NCBI GenBank assembly: GCA_965287045.1
Contig: OZ336893.1
Span: forward strand, 27,094,001 to 27,158,000
Direction of reading: 5' to 3'
Length of the DNA: 64,000 nucleotides
DNA from: Carcharhinus amblyrhynchos
Lineage: Eukaryota
The notes beneath the pieces were generated by a model. It searched no databases. It was not told the DNA's origin and worked only from the letters and a program-made list of their open reading frames with translations. Numbering within the stretch: position 1 is the first letter of the stretch; the number at the start of each line of letters is the position of its first letter. Position numbers and translations under genes: made by a program. Shown here one piece after another: positions 52,480 to 62,807 of the stretch.

Positions 52480-53121
52480 AACGTTTCAGGTCAGTGAATG
52501 GGATTTCACAGCCTCGCTTGTCCCGAAACCATAAAATCCCGCCCAAGGTTAACTGACCTTTGCATTGTCCGCCTTTCGCCTGTAGCGCGTGGGGCAGTAA
52601 AATTCCTGCCAATGACTTGTATTCAGAACCGGGTGCGACCAAATCTTTTGTCCACCAAATTGAGCCAAGGCTGGCTGTATAATTGGTGTTACATCATTAA
52701 GCAGTTTGGTTTTATTTTCCCTCCTCTGACACTGACAAGGTGGGGTACACATGAGTCAGTCTTTATTCTGGAAGCTGCCTAGTAAAGTTAATTGGAAGCC
52801 ACTTTCATTCAGTGATTGCCAAGTTTGGGCAAGTGGGGAGAGCGCCCACCATGACATCCTAAAGAGAAAATGCTGGAAAATCTCAGCAGGTCCGGCAGCA
52901 TCTGTAAGGACGCACATTAACCCCTATTAACATCTCAGTGTCGGGGTTCATTCTTCGTGAGGCTGCACTCCAGGTCCTTAGTCACAACTTTTGATCGAAA
53001 CTTTTTGAAAAAAGATGATAAAATTTTATTACCAAATCCACTTCACATGCAGTGGGTGACTTCAAAATGTTCCCACAAAGAGTAACATGAAGTGGGTTTG
53101 ATTGTGGAATGCAAGAGCGTG

Positions 53122-53128
53122 TGAGTCA
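53122..53128 (+). promoter_or_regulatory. AP-1 consensus site TGAGTCA (a second copy lies at 52752-52758)
   Basis: Perfect TGAGTCA about 200 and 580 nt upstream of the TATA box. Motif match only. Confidence 0.45.
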
Positions 53129-53316
53129 AGTTCACTTCCTCTGCCTCACTCTCAACCTAAAATGGCATGTTTTTAATGCAGGGATTAACTCGCCGCGCGT
53201 AAAAAACACACACACACTGGTTATTTTCATGATTGACAAGCTCTGGTATGCGGTCTGTGCGAGAGAGCGCATATGAACATCTCAACCAACTCCACACACG
53301 CGGGTAGGTGGTGGCT

Positions 53317-53338
53317 TGACTGCGTCAGATATATAAAG
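53317..53338 (+). promoter_or_regulatory. Endothelin core promoter: CRE/AP-1-like TGACTGCGTCA abutting TATATAAA
   Basis: TGCGTCA at 53321-53327 and TATATAAA at 53330-53337, in a locally CpG-rich stretch just upstream of exon 1. Confidence 0.8.
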
Positions 53339-53457
53339 GCAAATCGCAAGGCGCTCAGGCACAACGCTCAGGATCAAGAGAGAGCACGGGTCTTTCTGTG
53401 CAAATCCACACATCCCTTCTACTTAGTGTCCCCACCAGCTCTTTCCACCCTGCAAGA

Positions 53458-53512
53458 ATGGGCTGCAGAGGATTGTTTACTGTGGCGGCTGCATTTATTT
53501 TTTTGGAAAGCG
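53458..53512 (+). CDS. edn2: Preproendothelin exon 1 (signal peptide MGCRGLFTVAAAFIFLES-G)
   Basis: ATG in strong Kozak context (AGAATGG), ~120 nt downstream of a TATA box, with no upstream ATG after the TATA box. Hydrophobic N-terminus. Donor G|GTGAGT at 53513, phase 1, joins exon 2 in frame. The paralog symbol is tentative. Confidence 0.88.
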
Positions 53513-54397
53513 GTGAGTATTTATAAATAGGAGTTTGGATCTAATTCGTTGCACCTCTGATATTTTGCATACGGTGTGCTTGCTGCGCTGTATCCTATCT
53601 GATCAGGTTGTATTTCAGGATGTTATTATCATTTTGCTATTTTTTTAAAACTCTATCTGTGAACGGGTTTTAACTGTAGGGTGTGCATTGGGTTACTATC
53701 GCGATTTTTACGCTTTGAATGCGGACGGGCGATCATGAATTAACAATTTAACATCTGCCACATTGGAACACATTGATCCTTTATTTACTGAACCGAAGCA
53801 GCAGCAATGCAAATGGCAATGTTAGCTGTATGTTTGAGCCGCTCCCTGATGAATCTGTTGCAGACTTGAGATTCCTGGACAGACCCATGTTAGATTATTT
53901 GCTTTCCGCGAACAATTAATTAATGTCAGTAACTCGTTCCTCAACATTGAATGCCCCAAATGACCCAGTCCAATTGAATATAACGCAAAACTAAAAATAG
54001 GAAGTGCTGGGGGCGGTGGGGAGGGAAATCCCAGCAGGTCTGGAAGCATCAGCAGGAGAAAGAATCCCAGTTTAATTCTTCTTCAGAGCATCTCATATGT
54101 TTAAAATTGAATTCTGTCCGTAAAGTGCGAATATGAACATTGATTGCTTGAGGGGCATCACTCCCAGAACTTCCCGTTAAATGCAGAGATCAGAGGGTCA
54201 ACTTGGATAGATGTAAAATATGCAAAGGCAACTGTAACAATGATATCAATGTGGGTAGAATTTGTGCAACAATCATGCACAGTGCAGCCACGGGCAGGTC
54301 TCTATAGTAAACATTGTGTCCCACCATGTCCTGTTTGCATTCTGCAGAAAATAAAGTAGATTTTTAAAAAAATCAAATGTCATCTTCATTGCTATAG

Positions 54398-54539
54398 GAT
54401 GTGGCTTCCGCTTGCCGGTGTCCAGTGAGGCCAGCGCTCATTATCTGAGGAGAGAGAAGCGCTGCTCTTGTAACAACCTGGGAGACAAAGAGTGTATCTA
54501 TTTCTGTCACAAGGACATCATCTGGGTCAATACCCCAGG
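54398..54539 (+). CDS. edn2: Preproendothelin exon 2, encoding the mature 21-aa endothelin (54463-54525)
   Basis: Acceptor ...ttcattgctatag|. Reads [48 protein letters not shown]: furin site REKR, endothelin Cys1/3/11/15 pattern, C-terminal DIIW, and the ECE site W-V. Donor GG|GTGAGT, phase 2. Confidence 0.98.
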
Positions 54540-54668
54540 GTGAGTATTGTAGAGGGACAATACTGTACTGGTAGCAAAATACTGGAAATCTGCAACTAAA
54601 GATTACTAGATAGGCTCAGCAGGTCTGGCAGCGTCTGCAGAGAGAGAAACAGAGTTAACCTTCTGGAT

Positions 54669-54918
54669 AAATGTTTATTTATTAGTGTCGCAAGTAGACT
54701 TACATTAACACTGCAATGAAGTTACTGTGAAAAATCTCCTAGTCGCCACACTCCAGTGCCTGTTTGGGTACATTGAGGGAGAATTGAGCATGGCCAGTGC
54801 ACCTAACCAGCACGTTTTTCAGACTGTGGGAGGAAATTGGACCACCCAGAGGAAACCCACGCAGACGTGGGGAGAATGTGCAGACTCTGCACAGACAGTG
54901 ACCTAAGCTGGGAATTGA
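54669..54918 (-). mobile_element. V-SINE with alternative tail (endothelin intron 2)
   Basis: Reverse-complement core and alternative tail; truncated at the B box. Confidence 0.85.
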
Positions 54919-55867
54919 GTCTTCGTCACAACAAAGCGCTGGGGTAGGGGTTGGGGGGTGGTCTGAAACAGGAAATCCTGGAAAACCGAATGGGTGGAGA
55001 GAGGAGCTGGGAGTTTTCAGGTCCAGAACTGGGAACAGTGAGCCGAGGTAAAAGAAACAGAAATCCTCAGTTGAGGGTAGAGCAGAATTGAATCGGAATA
55101 AGTCCCGGGGGATAAAAAGGGTGCCAATAAATCAAACACCAAATTGAAAGCAAATCCTGTGTTTCATTTGTTACCAGCACTTTTAGGAATGCTAACTCTT
55201 CTCTGAAAGGGATTTCTGATATTCCAGGGTGCTGTGTGCTCACAACCAGCACCCACCCCCTCTGCCCCCCCTTTATTGCTTGGTGGCATAGATCTAATGG
55301 GTCAAGGGTTGTCCTGCCTGAGCCTGTAGACTTTCTGATCCTCACAGCAGTCACTGGGCTGCATCGGAGGATGCGCGACCCATTAGCAGTTGTGACCCAC
55401 AATTTGGGAACCTCCTTGCTAAAAAAATTATGTCACTACTTTCTTTCAGTTCTGACATTGTGTCACCAACCTGAAACACTCGCTCTGTTTCTCACCCCCA
55501 CGGATGCTACCTGGCATACTAAGTGTTTCTGCTGTTTACTGTAAGAGTGCGGCACCAGTCAGCATTGATTTAGATTGTCCTGTGCCACCTGCATTTCCAC
55601 TTAACTTCACAAGACATTAAAGAGTCATTTATTGTGTGTTGTGCAGTAAGATAAGGTGCCTATTAATCTTCATATTTTGTACAACTTTGTAATACTAATA
55701 CTTTTGGGTGGGCTGGGTGTATAATCATTTTAAATTGGACCCACCCAAGATCAAACCAGGGCTTCTTGGAAAAAGCATGAAAAGTGCTGTTGGTGAGTGA
55801 AATGCAGCATTTGAGGAGCACTTGCTGCTATTCGAGTCGATGAACATGTAAACCACATTTTAATATG

Positions 55868-56110
55868 GGGGCGGCACAGTAGCACAGTGGTTAGCATTGC
55901 TGCCTCACAGCGCCAGGGATCTGGGTTTGATTCCCGGCTTGGGTCACTGTCTGTGTGGAGTTTGCCCATTCTCCCCAAGTCTGCGTGGGTTTGCTCCAGG
56001 TGCTTTGGTTTCCTCCCACAGTCTAGGTGCCAGAGTGTGGCGATTATGGGATTTTCACACTTACTTCATTGCAATGTTAATGTAAGCCTACTTGTAACAC
56101 TAATAAATAA
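55868..56110 (+). mobile_element. V-SINE with alternative tail, internally deleted (endothelin intron 2)
   Basis: Head and core, then tail ...GTAAGCCTACTTGTAACACTAATAAATAAA. Confidence 0.85.
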
Positions 56111-56832
56111 ATACACTTAATGTATGACTCAAAATTGGAGATTGTCACACCCTCAACCCTCCCGATCTCTGTAGTTTCCTCCGGCTTTGCAGCTCTGCAA
56201 GATCTTTGTGTTCCTGTAATTCCAGACTCAAATCTATGAATTGAAATTCCCTTCCTAAACCTTCTGCCTCTCTATTCCTTCCTCCTCCTTTGAGCCATGT
56301 TACTGAGCTTTTGGTCACCCATCCCAGTGTTCCCTTCTTTGGTTCAGTAGCAATTGCCTTCCTTGCATTCCTGTGAAATACCTTGGGATAGTTTAATAAC
56401 TTAAAAATGCTGTATTATTGAAAGTAATTGTAACATCTGCTTTATTAGATTGCCCCATTTCTACATTTATATCACAACCTGTATTATTCAAATCTGCATT
56501 TCAAACATTTGAACTTTTTCCTTTAGTCACTTCAAATTTGAGCTTCAAAGTTGATGCTAGTAAGTCATTCTGTTCTATAGACTCAGAGCAGCATGGTTAA
56601 TTGGAAAGGGACCCGCATGCTGTGACTGTACCAAGTTATTTATTGTACATAAAATTGTCTCATGTTTTCCCAGTGGGGTTGTTATGTCGCCATTTAAACC
56701 AAGCATCACAATCTATAAACACCCATAACCAAGCCTGTAGGTTTTTAAATTTCCCTTTGACAGTGAGTCTCTATGTGTTATAATGCCATAAAGATTCTCT
56801 TTGGTAATCACACTTATCTGTTTTTGTAACAG

Positions 56833-56952
56833 GAAAACCATACCTTATGGTTTAGGAAGTCCAGCAACACGCCGCAAAAGATCTACTCCAAGGTGCGAAT
56901 GTGCAAACTCCAAGGACAGAATGTGTTCACAGTTTTGCCTGTTGGACACAAT
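56833..56952 (+). CDS. edn2: Preproendothelin exon 3 (big-ET tail, RRKR furin site, endothelin-like domain)
   Basis: Acceptor tttttgtaacag|. Reads KTIPYGLGSPATRRKRSTPRCECANSKDRMCSQFCLLDT: PYGLG motif and a C-x-C-x7-C-x3-C domain. Donor AT|GTAAGT, 120 nt, phase 2-2. The short spacer between RRKR and CxC is EDN2-like. Confidence 0.97.
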
Positions 56953-57334
56953 GTAAGTTATCTAGATTAATTATTACACTCATGAGATTTTAACCATTCC
57001 GTGTACAACCTGCAAGTCGGTAACAAAATGATTGGCCAGCTTGGCACAGTAACACAATGTATTACAAAGTGACACAGAGTAGACTTGGGCATCCCTGATG
57101 ACAAGCCAACAGTTTTCACTGGGGGCAGATGCTTTGCGCAGGTAAAGATGACAGACAAGGGAAATTAGAAACATGGCCCCAGTCCTGCAACTGGCCTTTC
57201 TACCCTTATCACCCTCAGCGCTCCTTGCCTTTTAGATGCTGTAGATGGGAGACCGAACCGCGTCCTGGTGCTTGTGCAATGCCATTTGTTACCTTGCTTA
57301 AAATATTGTGTGGGCAAGTGAGAAGGCAGCACGG

Positions 57335-57760
57335 TTTAAGCTGTGCCTCAATGGCAAGCATTCCCAGCTCAGAGTCAGAATATCCTGCGTACATTCCACA
57401 GAGATTTGAGCACCAAATCCAGGCTGACCCTCCACTGGAGCTCTAAGGGAGTGCTGCACTGTCAGAGGAGTCACCTTTCGGTTGAGGCAAGCAGACGAGT
57501 TCCTACCTGCCCTGCATAGATATAAAAGATCCTGTGGGACTAGGTCAAAGAAAGAGCAGGGGAATTCTCCTGCATGGTTCTAGCCAACAAATATCCCCGA
57601 TTAACATCTCTGAAACAGACTATCTAGTCATTTATCTCTTGTGCGCAAATTTGCTGCTGCTTTTCCTGCATTACACCAGTCTTGGAATGTCCCCAAAGTA
57701 CTTCATGGGTGGTGGCCTGAGGTCGTGGAAGACAGAGTTTGAAAATACAAGTTCTTTCTG
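57335..57760 (+). mobile_element. Old Deu-domain SINE (SacSINE1/AmnSINE-like) in endothelin intron 3
   Basis: GGGAGTGCTGCACTGTCAGAGG...TAAAAGATCC...GAAAGAGCAGGGGAATTCTCC Deu-like core with an L2-like tail. Other copies at ~195-490(+), 15960-16190(+), 23200-23535(-), 45470-45720(+) and 63400-63960(-). Confidence 0.7.
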
Positions 57761-58543
57761 TTTTCAATAGACCAGGAGAACGCCTTCTTTTAAAAAAAGA
57801 CAAAAATTCAAAACAAGCTGAAATTCAGAAGCAAAATAAAACAGAATGGTGGGCAGGCAGGCTGGGGCTGATCAGTGTCTGAAAGATGAAATACTGTAGG
57901 ATCAAGTTTCAGGTCTAGACTACAGGAGGTGTTGGTGGAGGCATCACACCTGAAATTGTCAGGTGCCAGACGGCATTTTTCTGTATTATTTAATATGTTG
58001 TGACAGTGCATTTGTTACATGGAGAACCTGCTGCACAGGTTTGAAAGTTATGAGATAGAAATGAAGACAAAGAAATACTTTTTTTAAAAAAACTGAAGTG
58101 AAGTGCATGGCTTAATGATAAATGTGCTACATGCAAGGCAAGGTGAAATTTATTAAAATTGTAAGGGGTTTTGAAAGAGATGAGGAGGAGAAGAATAGAA
58201 GAAGTATAGACTGAGTGCAATGTGAAATAGACGGTGGGTGTCCACCCTTTCCAGTAGCGAGATGTTCTGGTCCTGCCAAAGATGACCACCCTGCCTCCCC
58301 CACTCTGGCCTGCGGCGGGTTATCCCCCAGAGGGACGGGCGAGCCACACAAAACATTTTGACCCAACTTCAGCGGGACAGGAATATCCCAGCTGCAGCCA
58401 TAGTAAGCTGCCTCCACTACCGGAAAATACACCCCAGTGGAGGGGCTGAAAACCCTGCCCTGTGTCTCATGTTGGGAATTAGTGAAAAGGAAACAAAGAA
58501 TGATCATTGAAATGCATGTTTTCTTTTGTCTTGGCCTTTTCAG

Positions 58544-58678
58544 GAGAAGTAGCAGTGTCCAGCAGAACACTGGAAGCGTAGGTCCACAATACCAAAAGAC
58601 ATCCGAGCACCAAGCCCTGAACTCTAGGACAAACCAGCAGCACAGGACCGGGAGTGTACACCTATTTCGGATTTTAAG
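58544..58678 (+). CDS. edn2: Preproendothelin exon 4
   Basis: Long pyrimidine tract then cag|. Open 135-nt phase 2-2 exon (RSSSVQQNT...VHLFRILR) with donor AG|GTAAAT. The L-x-x-L-R ending resembles EDN2 LLQRLR. Confidence 0.8.
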
Positions 58679-59449
58679 GTAAATTTAATTGAATGAAAGG
58701 ATATGTGGAAGTTCATTTCCTTCGTGTTAATCAGTTCTGTGACATGGGCAATGCTGCAATTATTGTCCTTCCCTGGGTGCCCTTGATAAGGTGCTGCTGG
58801 GCCCAGTTGTTGATCTGTTGAGTTCTTTGTAACATTTTGATATAACCAAGTGCAAGGCTACTTGAGAGGATAGTCAAGCATCAGTAACATAGGTGTCAGA
58901 CTGGGGTTGCATATGAGCCTAACCTGGCAAAGACAGCAGGTTTACCTCCCTGAAGGACCTCAGTGAACAAGTGCAATTCTGACAACAGTTCCACATCCAC
59001 CTTTGCTGATACCAGCTGATTATTTCCAGATTCAGTTATAAAACTGAATTCAATGTTAAACTGCAGAAGATTGGATTTAAACTTGCATTCTCTGGAATGC
59101 TAGTCCAGTAACAACCAGTTTTGGATCTTAGAAAGAGCTATCCAATATAATCCTGTGACCCTAATCTTTCCCATAGCTTTGCACTTTTTTTCCTATTCAC
59201 ACACACAACCAATTCCTGTTTGAAAGTCACTATTGAATCTGCTTCCAATGTACTTTTGGGCAGTGCTATCCAGATTGTAACATCTTGTGGGCCAGAATTT
59301 TACCGTTCCGACCACCATGGGAATCAGAATGGGTGAGGGGCGGACCGTGGAAAGATCCATTCACCTCAGGCAGGTTATTCCAGTTTCAGGATGAGCAAGG
59401 CCATAAAATCCTGCCCGTTGTTTTAAAAAAAAACAAATTCTTCTCCTCT

Positions 59450-59735
59450 TAGAATCACTACAGTGCAGAAAGAGGCCATCAAGCCTGCACCGACAACAAT
59501 CCCCATAACCCCACGTATTTACTAATCCCCCTGACACTAAGAGACAATTTAACATAGTCAATCCACCTAACCCGCACATCTTTGGTCTGAGGGAGGAAAC
59601 CGGAGCACCCGGAGGAAACCTTTGCAGATACGAGAAGGATATGCAAACTCCACACAGACAGTGACCCAAGGCTGGAATTGAACCCGAGTCCCTGACAGTG
59701 TGAGGCAGCAGTGCTAATCACTGTGCCACTGTGCT
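59450..59735 (-). mobile_element. HE1-like V-SINE (endothelin intron 4)
   Basis: Reverse-complement head, core and CR1-type tail. Confidence 0.85.
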
Positions 59736-60069
59736 ACCTGGTTCATTGTCCAAACATGTTAAATCCGTGTCCTTCGGTTACCAATACGTCTACCAGTGGA
59801 AATGCATTCTCCTTATTTATTCTATGAGAAGAACCTTTGCCTTTCTCTGTTTCCCCTTGCAACAATCACAGTTCATTTAGCCCCTTATTTTTTCTCCATT
59901 TGGCCAAAACCTTTAGCATGATTGTACTTGTGGATAACTACTTTGGCCTGGCAATCTTGTTTAGAGGGGATTAAGAGCCTTTGTTTGAGAGGTGAGGGCA
60001 GGGAATAAAAATGAAGAATGCCCTGCGTTTTGACGTTAGAATAAATTTTTTTTTAAATACCTTTTCCAG

Positions 60070-60178
60070 ACAAGTTGCATCATCAAACACCCAGACTATT
60101 CACAGGAAGCACTTCTTAAAGAAGCTGAATCGAGTTACACTGGCACAGAATGAGCTATATCGAGAGAGAAAGAGGTGA
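60070..60178 (+). CDS. edn2: Preproendothelin exon 5 (C-terminus and stop)
   Basis: Acceptor taccttttccag|. Reads QVASSNTQTIHRKHFLKKLNRVTLAQNELYRERKR-TGA. The basic end resembles human EDN2 ...RWRKR. Total CDS 561 nt = 186 aa + stop. Confidence 0.75.
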
Positions 60179-62797
60179 ACCAACCAGGTAGAGTTCACTC
60201 TTTTCCTGAGAGAGAAGGTGCCATCTTTGGCTTCTGTTTCTTCGTCTATTGATGGCACGTGAGGTGCTAGGGGAGAACGAGAAGACGGATGGACGGACGG
60301 AGGGATCGGATGCGCACCACAAGTATTAACCAGCTGGACTTGCGGGCTTGTGTCTCTGTCATTGGACTGCACCAGAAGTAAGAATGGAGAGAGAGAGAGG
60401 CATGGAGATCAAGGAAGGAAGATCCGCCTGAATACTGTTCAGGATTTTTGACAGGCGCTGTGTATATTTAAAAAAGAAACATTGACTAGGGTTGAACAGG
60501 ATGCTCACAAACAGATTGCCCTATCTACAAGGCAACGGCTGGTAAGAGAGGGGAGACAGTACTGGCTTTATCATACATCTACCTCCACAACATGATGACT
60601 GGTCATCTTCAGGCAGCTTCGGTGAACTGGACACAAATGATACCAGTCACGGGATCCCCATCAAGGAGCAGAACTGAAAGCATGCAAGTGTTGAAGCTGA
60701 GACAGTGATGTCAAGCAGCCTTGCACTTACCTCAATTCCTGGTGTAAAGCACTGTTGTGCTGATTCATTACTGGTGAATGAATCACTAGACTCTTTCCCA
60801 CTCTTGTTGTCTATGAAACGGGAGAAGTACTCTTTTGCTCGTTGTCTTTGCAGTCTGTACTCTCTCACGTCATGTTAATAGCCATTTTTTTGAGTACTGA
60901 CCAGCTCAGTGATGGTGTTGAAGTCAAGCTATGCATTAGTGGAAAAAGCTCCCACCACTCCATATGGAACTGAACCGCATCCACCCTCACTTGTGCTAAG
61001 TTTAGATCGTGCCAGCCGCAACAGTAGCAGAGACAAGATCCTGTTTGCTGACCCCACTCCTGAAAGGGGCACCCACGTCATGGAGAATTTGGCACTCAAC
61101 CAAATCTCCATTCACAACAGCGGGACTGGAGAATCCCAGCTGCGGCCAAGATCGTGTGTTCATTTGCTGATATCCCACTGGTCACTTCTTGGTGGCTGTT
61201 CATGTTATCGCATGTCTCCTGAAGCATCTGGCTTACAGAGGGCTGAGATGTGGGCAGAATTAAATCCATCACATACATTGTTGGACAGATCCAGAGACCA
61301 TATACACTAGAGCTTCACATTCTTTATCAACAGGTTTTAGTGTTCGCCCATTTTCAATCTGTTTCTGCATAACCAATTTCCTGTGTTTAACCTAAGGAAG
61401 GAAATATAGGCAACATTGAGCGATACAATCCAACCATTTCCCTCCCTAATGGCATTGTGGATCAGCCCACAGCACGTGGACTGCAGCAATTCAAGAAGGC
61501 AGTTCACCACCACCTTCGCAAGAGTAACTAGGGAACAGGCAGTAAATGCTGGCCAGCCAATGATGCCCATGTCCCACAAATGAATTTTTAAAAATTCATT
61601 AAGATTAACCTGCACACGGGTATAAACGTGATACCTTTTTTGATCACACATGCCTGCTGTGTTTCACTATCACATTTAGAAAATGTTACATATCAGTACC
61701 CAGTAATGATGGGCAAGAAAAGACCCTCAGGCCCATGCAGCCTGACCCACATGACAGTGATGCCTTGTACATCACAGTGTAAATACTCCTCACCTGAAAA
61801 TCAGGCAATCTCCTTGGCAGGCGGGCGGTGACACAAAACCAAATAATAATCCCAGAGCATTTTGGAGTGAAACCTGTTTTAGTGAAGGAACCTCATCTAG
61901 GATGAAACGCAGCCTGGTTTAAGTACCACCACCACCATCCCCACCCCGACGCCCCACCCCCCCCAAGATGACCTTGTAACCATGAAAAGAGATTTCTAAA
62001 CAAGACTATTGTGCACCCCCAGATGCAGGGCACTGTCTAAAGTGAGATTGAAGTAGAGCGATGACTTTTCGCTGTTGTGCCAATTCTCTTAATCTAAACT
62101 GACTGTTGGGGAATTTGGAGGGTAGTGCCCTGAGGCAGTGGCCACACTTTGGAAGCAAGACGCTGAGCTTATTTATTGAGCATCTAGGTGCTGTACTGGG
62201 GAGTTGCAGAGTTGCTGAAAGGTCTTCTGTTGAACTGGTCTTGATCATGCCATCACAATTCTGCCCATTTGTTTTCCCCTCTCCTCCAATAATTCTCTCG
62301 TCCATTACGGGGAAAACGGACCTCCTTCCACATGTTTTGGTTTACATTACTAGGTGCAGTGTGGGGGGTCAGGGGGGTGCTCCACTGAACTTGTACTTGC
62401 AAGATAAGCAATAACCATGTCTGGCACCAGTAGGATGAATCAAATCTATTTGGCATACAGCATGGATCATTTGAAAGGGTTATTCCCCCAGAACTTATCG
62501 CAGGGAGCAAAGTTGAGCGTACATAAAGTAACAGTGTCACCATTCAGTCAGCTTACAGCACACCAAGTGGATAATTGGCCTCTGTGTGAGCTGATATTCA
62601 AACCATCACTGTCCAATGCTGTCAAAGACAACTGTTAATTTATTACTAACGATCTGTTATATGCAGTGATAAGCTGATCAACATTTCAATAATTGAATAA
62701 TTCTGATCAATATTTAATTAATTTATGATACTCTGTAAATTATTGTAATTCATTGTACTTTGGAACTATTGTAATTTTATGATTTAAAGCGTATATT

Positions 62798-62807
62798 AAT
62801 AAATAAA
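62798..62807 (+). terminator. Probable poly(A) signal of the endothelin gene (overlapping AATAAATAAA)
   Basis: First canonical AATAAA I found after the stop codon. It ends an AT-rich block with ATTTA pentamers at 62638, 62712, 62721 and 62782. Confidence 0.6.

Noticed and set aside
53273-53530. 85-aa ORF over the endothelin promoter
   Set aside because: Starts upstream of the TATA box and is out of frame with the signal-peptide exon.
54463-54525. Sarafotoxin-like venom gene
   Set aside because: Single mature peptide in a standard 5-exon endothelin precursor, without the tandem polycistronic layout of sarafotoxin precursors.
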